A stretch of 62,786 bases of DNA, counting the filler, from Folioceros fuciformis (taxonomy: Eukaryota), in assembly GCA_049999805.1 (NCBI GenBank). It is 12 parts of 12 records of this genome, joined end to end, with 100 filler letters (N's around TTAATTAATTAA, not from the genome) between each part and the next. Parts side by side here need not be neighbours in the genome. Positions count along the whole stretch, not along the records: positions 1 to 5,228 come from JBNGIO010001616.1; positions 5,329 to 9,993 come from JBNGIO010001617.1; positions 10,094 to 15,246 come from JBNGIO010001620.1; 9 more parts are not named here. One strand, written 5' to 3'. The position numbers and the translations under genes were made by a program. The notes under the pieces are model-generated. The model searched no databases, had not been told where the DNA came from, and worked only from the letters and a program-made list of their open reading frames with translations. This document shows positions 1-13,000 of this stretch, one piece after another. The stretch's first letter is position 1, and each line of letters opens with the position of its first letter.

Positions 1-1021
1 AGGCAAACCATCCCAGGCAAACTCGTACTAGCGCCAATAGCTCCACTCTAGGCTCGTACGGTACGAGGGCCAATGGATGCATGAAAATAATGAGGAAAAG
101 GTTTCTCATGCTCTATTGCGCTCTTCCTTCATGGTTTCATTTTACTATCCCCATACTTTCAAATTCTATGGCACTATACCCATAGTTTCAAATTTCATTG
201 CACTTTTCCGTCGTATTTTCAAGTGTCATCGCACTATCCCACGTGGCCATATTTCCAGATTCCTTTCCACTATCCGTAGTGGCCATATTCCAAGTTCCAT
301 TGCATTATATGAAAAAGACAGAAATTCTCATCTGGCACCCAGCAAAAAATGCAAGAAGGCCGTGGCACCTACCACCGATTATTCAGAACCCGGTTCGATG
401 TATACAAACATAGAGTTTAGTGTATGACACGAAAGTTTATATAACACGATAAGTTTTGTGTGACAAGACAATTTTTAAACGAGATAAAAAAACACGCGAA
501 CCCGACCTCGGCACCGTTGGACTACGCAGTCTCATCTTCCATCGGTGACTCTACAGCCATTGTCAAAGGTTTCCTAGCTTTACGGTTAGACGGGCAGGGG
601 GATTTCTCGCAGATTTATCCCTTGCGATCTGTCAGAACCGTAGACGTGTTGCCTAGTGCACTTGAACCCATGTGCTGCAACAACACACGTAACGAAATTT
701 GAAGGTGCTCAGAATGGCTCAAATCAATTGGTACTCAAAAGCCCCGAATGCTGTGTAACCTTCAACTACTCTGCACCGTGTTTTCCTAAAATCTCGTGCC
801 TAAACCATGAAAATCAGTAGATAACTTACATAGTTGCCTATGCCACTCCAAGAGCTCGCAGGTCTTCGGCTGAAAGTAGATAGTGACAGTCCCACTCCAA
901 GAGCTCGCCCATCTTCGTGTTTCTGAGTACAGAAACTCTGTGGAGCAGGCTAAGCCTGGGAATTTCTCCAAAAATTCACGTGTAACAAGCAGAGTTTGTG
1001 CGATAAGAACACACCTGAAGC

Positions 1022-2424
<1,403 letters not shown>

Positions 2425-3494
2425 ATCTGACCGCCACCAAACACCAGCCCTACAGAAGAGCGCACTGCAGCAACAATTTCGAGCTCGCGCCCGGATGCCA
2501 CAAAAAACTGACGAGGAGAATAGCAATTGAGGGTGAGGAAGTCTTCATTTTTTATTTAGGGCTTATAAGGGTTTAGAGAAATGGCGTTTTCAATGTAGAA
2601 AGAACGTTGGATGTTCTTTATTTTCGTAATACACGTAGTTTTAAATTATATTCATTATGGACGTGGGTTGGTAGCAAGTCTCAATACTGATGTTACAGTC
2701 AATTTCGGGGTCATCAATCTTCTATTAATAGCATATCCCAGCAGTTGAGGTGGTCCCTATTCTAGATTCTGCCAAGGGTCTAAGGGCGGATATGTTTCCG
2801 GCTCTCTTCCGTAAGTTTTTTAAAGTGGTGGCAAACCGAACCCACAACTCTTCCCAGCATGTCTTCCGTGTCTTCACACATTGGACTGAAGACATAAGCC
2901 TGGCATTCTCAAGTAGTGTTTACATTGCGTTTGAGGCATGCTCCGTCCGTCCCCCGTATACCAAATCACCCTGTTTTTAGGGTGGTTTGTCGGCAACAGC
3001 TGCAAACGGAAGTTTCCATCTGCAGCTGTTATCGACGGACCGTTTACCATTTTAGTAAGTCTTATTCATTATAACCATTTTACATAATGGGTCAGTCTGC
3101 CCGTCAAGGGAACACCGACCCCGTATGTTCGCAAGTATCAAGCAGTCTTTCACAAGAAAGCCCGCCTCCATCGCAACCCGCCTTTTTTGCAGCCCGCCTC
3201 CATTGCTACCTTGCGAGAATTGCATTGCTCACACTGTTGTTCGCAAGCCGTCCTTCCTTGCTCACAGGCTGTTCTCTTCGCAAGCCGATAGCCTCGCTTG
3301 CGGCTTGGACAATTCTCACTTGCAACTTAGACAGCTCTCACTTGCAACTTGGGCTTGGGCCTATTGTCATTTCTCCTTGTTTAGGTTCATTTTTTTCATT
3401 GAAGAATAATGGACCTCCCGAACTTGCTAGACTCTTCTATTTCCTCTTCTCAATATATTGCACTGTCTTCTCAACCCCCTCTACTACTCGCAGC

Positions 3495-4304
3495 ATGAGC
3501 TCTAGCACATGTGGTTGTCACCAAGCTGAAGGCCAACCTTGCAGCATGGACAGTCGACAGCACTTTTGCCTTGATTGCAGCTTTTGAAGACATCTACATA
3601 GAGCACCTTCAGCGGGGGAATTGGGCAGCCCACCACTATGACAACATTGTCGTGCTAATTTCTCCTTTGTGTCAAGGTTTTCAACCTACGGGAATTCAAT
3701 GCAAGAACAAAATGGACATTTTGAAGCGGTAATATAAAGCGGAGGCCAAGAAGCTCACAACTGGGGTGCATGCCTCGGAATGGGTGTTTTGGGAGGCCAT
3801 GGATGCATTCATGAATGATAATCCTCAGGTAGTTGGAATTCTGAACTCTCATGACCTTGGGCTTGTTGATTTGTCGATTTTAAATTACTACTCTGAGTAA
3901 GCTGTTGTTCCTCTCAGCACTGTTGAAGACCCCTTTATTTCTACAATGGACCCTCCACCTGTGCCTATTGTTTCACCAAGCTTGCCAACTTCATCACCAC
4001 CGGAAGAAGAATGTGGTCCTACAACAAAGGTAACCAAGTTGAAGGGTATAACAGCTAAGAAAGCCAAGCCTGGCAAGTATAGGTGTAATTAATCGAGGTC
4101 TGATAGAATAGCTGATATTCTAGGTTTAATGAGGTCTTTGCAAAGATTGAGACAACAAAGTTAGCGATCATGCATGTTGCTCAAAAGAGTAAACTAGATC
4201 AAAGCTTAAAAATCTCGGAGTTTCAACAATACACGCAGTTGGAGGTTGCAAAGTTGCTGGTACAGTCCTTTACAAGAGCAAGGAGCAGCTCCCCTTCAAA
4301 CTAG
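3495..4304 (+). pseudogene. Degenerate trihelix (SIP1/ASIL-like) Myb/SANT DNA-binding protein; possibly PIF/Harbinger ORF1
   Basis: WTVDSTFALIAAF...LQRGNW...TGIQCKNKMDILKR*YKAE...SEWVFWEAMD matches the trihelix Myb/SANT pattern. The C-terminal RFNEVFAKIETTKLAIM...QYTQLEVAKLL resembles the SIP1-clade coiled coil. There is an in-frame TAA at 3730-3732 plus frameshifts. Confidence 0.75.
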
Positions 4305-4393
4305 TTGCAAGTATTGTTCGTGTTACAAGAAATGCTCAGAAACTGTGAATGTGAATTTCTAACTTCGATATTCATACAAAAACACAAACAAGT

Positions 4394-4995
4394 ACTTCAG
4401 AGAAAACTCGTTTCAAACACTTCACAATAATGCATAGCACGTTTTATTTGGAGAAGTGTGCTGTTCAAAACAAAGCCTAAAAGTAACGGGATTGTTGTTT
4501 GTGTTTTATGAAAGCATAGAAATAAGAAACCGCCATGTCTCACTCCAGTCGTAACAAAAAAATGTAAGTGAACACTTCAAAGAAAGCTTGTTTCAAGCGC
4601 TTCACAATGATGCATAGCATGTTTCAACAAGTTTGCAATTCAGAATGAAGCTTGAAAGTAACAGGATTGTTGGTTGTGTGGTATGAAATCATAGAAACTA
4701 GAAACCATCATACCTCACTCCAGTCGTAACGAAAAAATGCAAGTGAGCACTTCAGACAAAGCTCGTTTCAAGCGCTTCACAATGATGCATAGCACATTTC
4801 ATTTCAACAAGTTTGCAATTCGAAACGAAGCCTAAAAGTACCGAGATTGTTGTTTGCGTTGTATGAAATCATAGAAACTAGAAACCATCATATCTCACTC
4901 TAGTTGTGATAAAAATAAATGCAAAAGAGCACTTCAGAGAAAAGCTCGTTTCAAGCGCTTTACAATAATGCATAGTAAATTTTATTTGGACAAGT
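4394..4995. repeat. Tandem repeat, ~180-bp unit, ~3.3 diverged copies
   Basis: The motif ACTTCA...CGTTTCAAGCGCTTCACAATGATGCATAG (with variants) starts at 4394, 4574, 4749 and 4931, giving periods of 180, 175 and 182. Confidence 0.9.
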
Positions 4996-5228
4996 GTACA
5001 TTGTGGAATGTAGTCTGAAAGAAACTGGAAGTAACTTAAAAGTAACAAAGCTAGACAACATGCATATTACATTTGTATGCTACAAAGGACTTATGCACAT
5101 CCGTTCAACCAAGCATTTCTCCAATAATTGACTAAGGCAGCATGTTGCACTTCTATTTGACTCTTCAAGGCCTCTTCTTAAGCATTTGTTAATGAGATGT
5201 TCACTGGATGTGGGAGTCTATGCTCATC

Positions 5229-5328
5229 NNNNNNNNNNNNNNNNNNNNNNNNNNNNNNNNNNNNNNNNNNNNTTAATTAATTAANNNNNNNNNNNNNNNN
5301 NNNNNNNNNNNNNNNNNNNNNNNNNNNN
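5229..5328. other. Artificial contig spacer N44-TTAATTAATTAA-N44; identical spacers at 9994-10093, 15247-15346, 16694-16793, 19272-19371, 21930-22029, 34368-34467, 47227-47326, 49112-49211, 53905-54004, 57494-57593
   Basis: Eleven identical 100-nt blocks whose core places stop codons in all six frames, as in a contig-concatenation linker. Confidence 0.98.
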
Positions 5329-6101
5329 AGATAGGGTTGGATGCGGGGATGAAATTGCTTCAACATTTCTAGGAAACATAGAGTTATGTGACTTAATTTG
5401 ATGAATTGTGCAGTGAGAGGCGGAGATGAGACATCCGTCCTTCTAAGTCGGAAGAAATGTCAGTCTCACCGTCGCAAAATAAGCTCAGGTGCGTGGCTCG
5501 GGTTGTGAGAAACAAAACAACGAGCAATGAACAAAAAGGGTGCAAAGCACAAAGCACAAGAGTGCACATCAAATTAACTTACCCCAAGGTGAAGAAGCAA
5601 ACAAATTGCCAATCTTGTTGGCATCCATTCGTGGAGCCAACTCCCGAAGGGGACAATCGTTGCTCCATCTCCTGTAGTGTTTATTTGCCACCTGCCAAAG
5701 CCCAAGCGCACCATGTCACCACATCTGATGGCACCCGCAACCAATCACGCAGTACTCAGTACAAAAAGATCCACGGCACTGCCATACTAACCTTGTAACT
5801 TCCATCAGCTAGCCAAGACTTTTGCTCCAGCTCACAGCTTGCGTCTGTTCTCAACCAAGCATGATAAAGCACAAATAACTTCAATGGAGAAAACGTATTG
5901 AAAAGCTCGTTGTTTTGTTTCTCGCAACCCAAGCCACGCACCTGAGCTTATTTTGCGACGATGAGACCGACATTTCTTCCGACTTAGAACGGCGGATGTC
6001 TCATCTTCGCCTCTCACTGCACAATTCATCAAATTAAGCCACATAACTCTAGGTTTCCTAGAAATTTTGAAGCAATTTCATCCCCACATCCAACCCTATC
6101 T
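5329..6101. mobile_element. Foldback / non-autonomous TIR element (Mutator-like, ~197-bp inverted arms 5329-5525 and 5906-6101; left end cut by contig edge)
   Basis: 5329-5525 is the reverse complement of 5906-6101 with scattered mismatches (e.g. AGATAGGGTTGGATG vs CATCCAACCCTATCT). The interior is ~380 bp and has no transposase. Confidence 0.8.
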
Positions 6102-6281
6102 ACCACTAGATGTTGGCAAGTCCAACATCCAACTCCCTCCCTATTCACCTCCTTACATTTGTAAGAATCTTGACAACAACATATACAAACAACATTATTA
6201 TATTCTTGTCTTTGTGGTTGTTAGATTACCTTGCTTCGTGAAGCTAGATTATTGCATCTATTCATAGAAGGTGTGAGCAAC

Positions 6282-6788
6282 TGTAAGAGCCATGATAGTA
6301 ACTTCCCCTTCCTTACGCAGCGTAAAAGGAAGCAATGGCCTCGAATCTCGTCTATTCACTTCGCAGCGTTCCACTTACAAATCACTCACTTCTTCTCACA
6401 CGACTCAGCACTAGGCTCCAAGTAGCCCGCCATCCACTGACGACTCGCAGACCACCTCCTCTGGGTGCTGCTCTATATTCAAGATACTTACAAAAGAGTC
6501 TGGCGATCTACGCCCCACTGGCTACCGGCCTAGACTCAATCTGACAAGCTTGCTCTTCAAGCCCTCCACAGCTATGCCTCAAGGATAGACTTCTCACCGT
6601 CTACCTCTGTGCCTCTGTGTATCACAGTATATCTTTAAGACCCTAACACTAGCCTATTTATACTCCATAGCTTATCACAGTATATCTTTAAGACCCTAAC
6701 ACTAGCCTATTTATACTCCATAGCTAAGCCACTGCTAAAGGTGGGAATGATACACACCACTCATTTCAGAATACTAGTGGTCATTACA
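6282..6788 (-). mobile_element. Probable LTR (minus orientation) containing a tandem duplication of its TATA region
   Basis: Termini TGTAA...TTACA. A minus-strand TATAAATAGG occurs twice because of a ~54-bp-period duplication (6621-6724). A purine-rich PPT-like GAAGATGGAGT lies just upstream on the minus strand. No TSD is visible. Confidence 0.5.
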
Positions 6789-7262
6789 ACTCCATCTTCA
6801 TAGAAGGTTTTGCTTGGAACACACATCTTATTTCCCAAGGGAGTGGGAGCAAGAAGTATACTTGCTTCTTCATCAAGACAGCTCTAGATTTAACTTTCTC
6901 TTTTCTATTTTTAATTTTCACCTTATTTCACTTATACCATTACTATGATAGTAGAACATGCATAAAAAAACAATATGGCACCAGTAAAGTGATTTTCCAT
7001 TCATGCAATACCCTAAACCTCTAATTCTCATATGGTGCATGAATATCAGAAAATAAAAATATTGCTACCAAAACTATCACAACCCACAAGAACGCTTCAG
7101 CCGCAACGCGTGATCTGCAGCAAGCTGGAAACCAAGATCAATCAGCAAGCTAGAGCAGGACGTAGGGACACTACGAGCCATCTACAAATTGAGAGTAGAT
7201 AGCTGTGCTGGATTCTTGAAATTGTCAAGCAAGAGTACTTCGTAGGACTCTCTGGGGGAACC

Positions 7263-7345
7263 TCTTCTCATCTTGCCTACTTGGGGGACCGAACGTCTTC
7301 TCATCTTGCCTATTTGGGGGGCGGAATCTCTTCTCATCTTGCCAA
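7263..7345. repeat. Short tandem repeat, 33-bp period, 3 copies (TCTTCTCATCTTGCC core)
   Basis: The core is seen at about 7263, 7296 and 7329. Confidence 0.75.
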
Positions 7346-9420
7346 CCCTCAAACCAGAGGGCCTGATCTGCAAAACATTGTCTCCGCAAAAGCGCTTGCT
7401 TGCCTCTCTTCTTGGAAAGTCTTTTTACAGCAAGTGGCTGCGCCCAGCTTATTGCGAGGGTGCTGCTCCTCACAGCTTCGCTGATGTGCTCCAAGCTGGA
7501 GCATATCGTGGAGCAATTGGACTAGTCCTGAAAGGCTTCATCCCGAAGAGGCCTAGTCGTAGGCTGACAACGACTCCCTAAAAATGATCAACCAATGGAG
7601 CTAAGCTCGAGCTCACACGATGATGGACAGTCCAGATGCATGTACACTGAACGTCGCAAAAACACCATGTCCGGTGCGCTGCTGGCCAGTCTTCGCAAAG
7701 GCGCCAGATCGTCACGGGAGGTATCCGATTTGGTTAGGAGCTGGTTTGGTTAGGAGAGAAAATGTGAATATCCCGTGAGATTCAGATTCCATACGACACT
7801 CGCCATTCCATAATAGACATCTAGGACGACCTTGTCGAAGGTGTGCACGGCATCCTCCAATTCGCCGAGAGAAGCATCCATGTCGATGATGTGGTTCGCC
7901 GCAATGCGTCTGACTCGTACGACTTACGTTTGGGGGCTTAGGGCGCGGCGACTCGAGATTCCTATGAGCCATGCATTTTCTTGGAGGACAACCTGAGGAA
8001 GAGAGCACGAGAGATGTTGTCATGGATGCTGCTGCAGAAGGTCCAAAAACCGTCTCTAAAGCCACTCCTCACAACGCCTGGTCATTCAGGCTGTGAGTGA
8101 ATGCGCGTCCCAGGCAGAAGCGGCAGAAGTAGTGCGTGCGCTGTGTTAGGCATTGGACTCTCTGTGTCTGATGTGGTCGGGATAGCCTGAACTCCTCTCG
8201 TCCAGGTCTTTATCCTCCCGCCATTGAGGGAGCTCCGCCCAGAAGTGCTCCCGCGGCTCTTGCATTGTGACGGTTCCCCAGCAGCAGCATCTTCATAGAC
8301 AGGAGATGCTGTTCTCCCAGTCCGTTGCGGCCACGGTAGCAACAACGAAGGCAGCTGCACCACCATCGTCATCTCATTTGCCTGCCTCATTCTTTTCACA
8401 ATAGTACTAAAAAAATTAAAACAAAATCCGCGAAAAGGAAGATCGAGCTGTCGTAAAGAAAATAAATACCAAAAGGATGTTGTAACCCTTCCATACCTCG
8501 CTGTTATGTGTACACTTCTTCAGTCTCGTGTATGACCAACAAGAAACTTGGCACTTGAGGCAAGGCCTGGGCTAAATTTGGCAGGTATTGCTGCCCAATA
8601 GCAATACATGTACATATGGTACACGTAGGTAGATTGGCATTGCCAACGCCAATGCCAATGTCGTTTCCATTTCCATTCCCAATAACAGGAGCTCTCGGCA
8701 TTCTCGGAACCAAACGGTCAATAAATAAAATCTCCGACTGGGAAGGGAATCAGGGCCAAATTCAGCAACAGGTGGCCCGGGCTGATCTGAGGCCTGGTTC
8801 TCTTGGCTGCATACGTGTAGCATTGCTTCCGATTCCTCCCACCATCTGCGCCACAATTGCCTCTGCTTATCCGTACTGTGTACCGCTCTCACGGTACGCA
8901 TTCTCTCCCTCTTTATCGTGCCCGGCCCCAGTTTGCTGTGGGCTGCCTGTCGTCCGCGATTTTCGGACACGCAACTGGGGTCCTGCTCCCTCGAATTTCA
9001 GCTACCATTCTCTGCTCTCGGATGAGGCTTTGCCTCTGCCTCTGCCGCTGGCCGTTGCCAGCCTCCTGTTCGCAATGGCACAGTAGCTGGGCTGCTGCTC
9101 TCTTTGCTTCTCCAGGACGGGAAAGGGATTTTGAGTTGGCCTGACGTTGGCAGGGATTCTGGGAATGATGTTGGGCACTACCAAGGTCTTTGCGTCCAAG
9201 GCGGCTTTTGGGATTGGGCACAGGGTTTTGGGTCCGGTGGAAGTGGTGGCTTGATCACTTTGCGGACGGGGTTTTGGCTGGGTTCCTCCAGGTCCGGTGC
9301 CTTCTTGAGACACTCCGGGCTTTCTTGATTGGAAACCTAGGGGGATTGGACCGGGAGCGAGGCGCATTCGTGGAAGCTCCTCCGAAGGCTGGAGCACGTG
9401 ATGATCGAATTTGCGGAATC

Positions 9421-9982
9421 ATGTCTGCGCAGTTTGCGGAGGAGGATGAGGCCGGGTCAGCAGCAGGAGCCCTCGGGGTGCCACCTCGCCTGCCGCCGGA
9501 TGTCCCCGTCAACCCCTTTCACAATGACAGCAAGTTTTCGTGCCCGTACGAAGTTCTCAAAACAATTCTGATGGCACCCATCTGCGTCTTGCGATTGCTG
9601 CTCTGGGTGTTGTGTCTGCTGGTGGGATTCTACATGACTAAGCTGGCTCTCATTGGTGCCAAAGATGTTTTGAAGAAGCCTTTTCCTCCATGGCGCAGAC
9701 GCCTCTTCTGGCCGGTGAGGATATGTGCCAGGGTGCTCCTCTTTGCATGTGGGTTTCACTGGATTCACATTAAGGGAAAGCCAGCTGATCGGAGCCGGGC
9801 TCCGATCCTTGTCAGTAACCATGTGACGTTTGTGGATCCGGTCTTTATTTTCTTCAAGCACTTGCCTGTCATCGTGACAGCACAGGAGAATTTGGGTATG
9901 CCAATCGCTGGAGCTATTATGAAGGCCATGCAGGTCATTGCAGTCAACAGGGTGTCACAGGATTCGCGCCGAAATGCTTCAG
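9421..9982 (+). CDS. LPEAT2: Lysophospholipid acyltransferase LPEAT2/LPCAT-like, first coding exon; rest of gene beyond contig end
   Basis: NPFHND...YEVLKTILMAP, a hydrophobic helix, PFPPWRRRL...GFHWIHIKGKPA...APILVSNHVTFVDP (acyltransferase motif I, NHxxxxD), AMQVIAVNR. The exon ends at AG|GCAAGT. Confidence 0.88.
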
Positions 9983-10093
9983 GCAAGTAGTCANNNNNNN
10001 NNNNNNNNNNNNNNNNNNNNNNNNNNNNNNNNNNNNNTTAATTAATTAANNNNNNNNNNNNNNNNNNNNNNNNNNNNNNNNNNNNNNNNNNNN

Positions 10094-13000
10094 TAGCATC
10101 TCCCTACAACCAAGGAGGGCGCAAGTGTGAGCATGTAGAAAAACATACAGATAAGTTGACCGTGAAATTAGGACCTTAGTGATCATGCCCATTCATGATG
10201 ATTAGGACCTTAGTGATCATGCCCGTTCATGATGAATAGTCGTGACTCTTCGTGACTCATCTCTCATATACTTTCTAGCATTTTCTTATACACAAGATCG
10301 ATTTACAGTCTCACCATTCTCAATTTGAGACATGGTATCAGAGCTAGATCCATGACTCCAATAGCCTACAATGGCTTGCCATAATCAAATCTGCAAACAA
10401 AGGCATCACAATCTCATAGCACAGGCTAACAAGTTGAGATTGCAAAAAAACTTCTTACAACAATAGGTCATAAGCATACCTCGTCCTCCTTGCCACCAAT
10501 GCAAGGAGATGAGGCAGACCATGTAGAAGTTAGAACGAGTTGCAATTAATAGCCACAAACAAACAGCAGAATTGAAAAGGCACATCAACTACTTACATGC
10601 TATCATCCAAGCCATCATATTTAAGTAACTTAGACCTGTGACACCCCTAAGCAGCAGGATGGCTAGTTCTAGTGCTCTCCCTGCCACACAAGCGAGACAT
10701 TACCAGATAGAAAAATTGACTCACCAAAATTACGCAACATGGTCCATAAGGGTAGAATCTCTCCTCAAAAAATTAACGCTATGGCCTATGGTGGATGGCT
10801 CTGAAGTCAGACCAGCCAAGGGTCATGCAAATGAGCCTAATTAGATCGTCAAAGATGCCTCTACCCACACGAAGATCATCTTGCACATAGGAGACAGAAT
10901 CCTACCCAGTGTTAGGCAACAACCTACTGCCAAATCGTTATGGGACAAGCTCGCTACATCATTGCAGGAGGTAAGATTACCATCACAACTCCTCGCTGCT
11001 CAAAAATTGGCCTCCATCAAACTCAAGGACGGAGCTTTGGTCTTGGATTTCCTGGAAAACTGGGAGAAGACACTAGACGAGGCCATCTGCACAAGCCTTG
11101 ACCTAAAGGAGGAACAGCAGGTTACACAATTGCTCATGGCCCTTCCAAAATCCAGGAGGTCGTTTGTGTATACACAAGCTAACTAGGCTACCAAAGCAAA
11201 CCCATTGACCTTACCAAATCTTTTGGTCAAAATTCACAATGAAGATGTCTTGATTGCAAGGGACAACTCTCCTCCTTCAGCTCTCTTTGCAGGTAGACAC
11301 AAGAACCCTAGATTCAAAACTGGATCTAGGCCGAATTTTCGTTATGCTCTAGGATCCAACCAACCACCACCTCCAAACTCTAATCACAGGGACAAAACTT
11401 GTCACTATTACTCCAAGAGAGGGCATGTAGCCCCAGACTGCAGAAAGAAACAGCGTGACAAAGCCGCTAGAATTTACAATCTACTAAGAAGTACCTCTAG
11501 CACATCTGCTGTAGCTACTACTTCCAAAAATGCTTACCTATTCTCCGCTGTCTCTACCTTGGCTGCAAGTCCCATCCTCCAACATCAGTGGCTACTTGAT
11601 TCAGGAGCCACCGAACACATGACCCCACGTAAAGAATGGTTCCTAGACTACTCTTCACTTCAGGTACCCCTCGCCATACTCATGGGGGATGACTCTCCTC
11701 ATATGGCAGTGGGTAAGGGCACCATACAAATTCAGGTACACGACTTTACAGCTCGCATTAGGGATGTCCTACATGTCCCAAGGCGGTCCAAGAATCTGCT
11801 TTTTGTAAAACAGATTATATGTAACCCTAACTGCAAAATTACCTTCAACTAACAAGGATGCGTGATACACACTACTACCTCTGGAGGTCAACATAAAACC
11901 ATCCTTTGCCCTCGTCAAGGGGGCCTCTTCCCTGTAGGTGTTGGGATTCCTACCCTTGCTAAGCCGACATGTGTCAGTTTAGTGGCTAACCTCAACCACA
12001 GCTCCTTGATTAAGCTCTGGCATTTGAGGCTAGCACACCTACAGTACCAAGGCATAAAAGGATGCAATCTAAACACATGGTAGAAGCTGTTACCTCATAA
12101 TTTTCAGGCTGATCTTCCTTTGCGTGAGGGCTGCTTGTTGGGCAAGCAACATACCCAACCTTATCCTAGGTCAGCCAGCACCATGACAAGTGTCTTAGAA
12201 GTAGTGCATGCTGACCTCTGTGGTCCCATACAAACTAAATCTCTAATAGGCAAATTACATAAGTTTGTCCTTCTGGACGACTATAGCCACTACACCCACC
12301 TTTACTTTCTGAGGCACAAGTTAGAAGCATTTGCCTCTTTTCAGCTGCACAAAGCCTTAATCGAGAATCAGACTGGTAAGTTCATCAAGATCTTCCGCAC
12401 AAACAATGCTTGAGAACTCACCTCTCCTACCTTTGAGAAATTTCTATATGCTAATGGCATAATACACCAGAAAATTGTACCCTATGCACATCAACAACTA
12501 GGGAAGGCGGAATGCAGACATCGTTCCCTTATGGATGCCACAAGAAGCTCCCTAGCCACAGCTACTCTACCTAATGCTTTGTGGGCTGATGCTGCTGCTG
12601 CTGCTGTTTGCTATGTCCAAAACCTATGCGACACCTCTACGATCCAGGATAAAACACCTTTTGAAATATGGATAGGCCACAAACCATAGGTCAACCACCT
12701 AAGAAACTTCGGTTGTCCTGCATACAGACATGTCCCAACCGAAGGGCGCCGCAAATTGGACCCAAGATCTGTCAAACTCACCTTCACTGGCTATGGAGAA
12801 AGCGAAGGCGTCAAAGGCTATCAACTTCTGGACCGAGCCACACGGCGAATATCTGTTGGTCAGAATGTCGTGTTTGATGAGAATTCCCTCCTCCAGCCTC
12901 TAGGGGGCCTGCCACCTCCTCCTCAATCAACACTGACGCCACCTTTGTTGACACCAGAAGATCCTGTTGAACCTCATTATGAGGAATTTGGCCTAGATTG

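Noticed and set aside
2881-2891. TTGGACTGAAG matching the 5' half of miR319
   Set aside because: Only 11 nt match, the rest diverges, and no precursor hairpin is evident.
7700-9420. ORFs of 100-156 aa upstream of the LPEAT2-like gene, and the ORF-track extension 9190-9420
   Set aside because: They have no recognisable motifs and mostly non-ATG starts, so they are more likely promoter or 5' UTR. The first in-frame ATG is at 9421.
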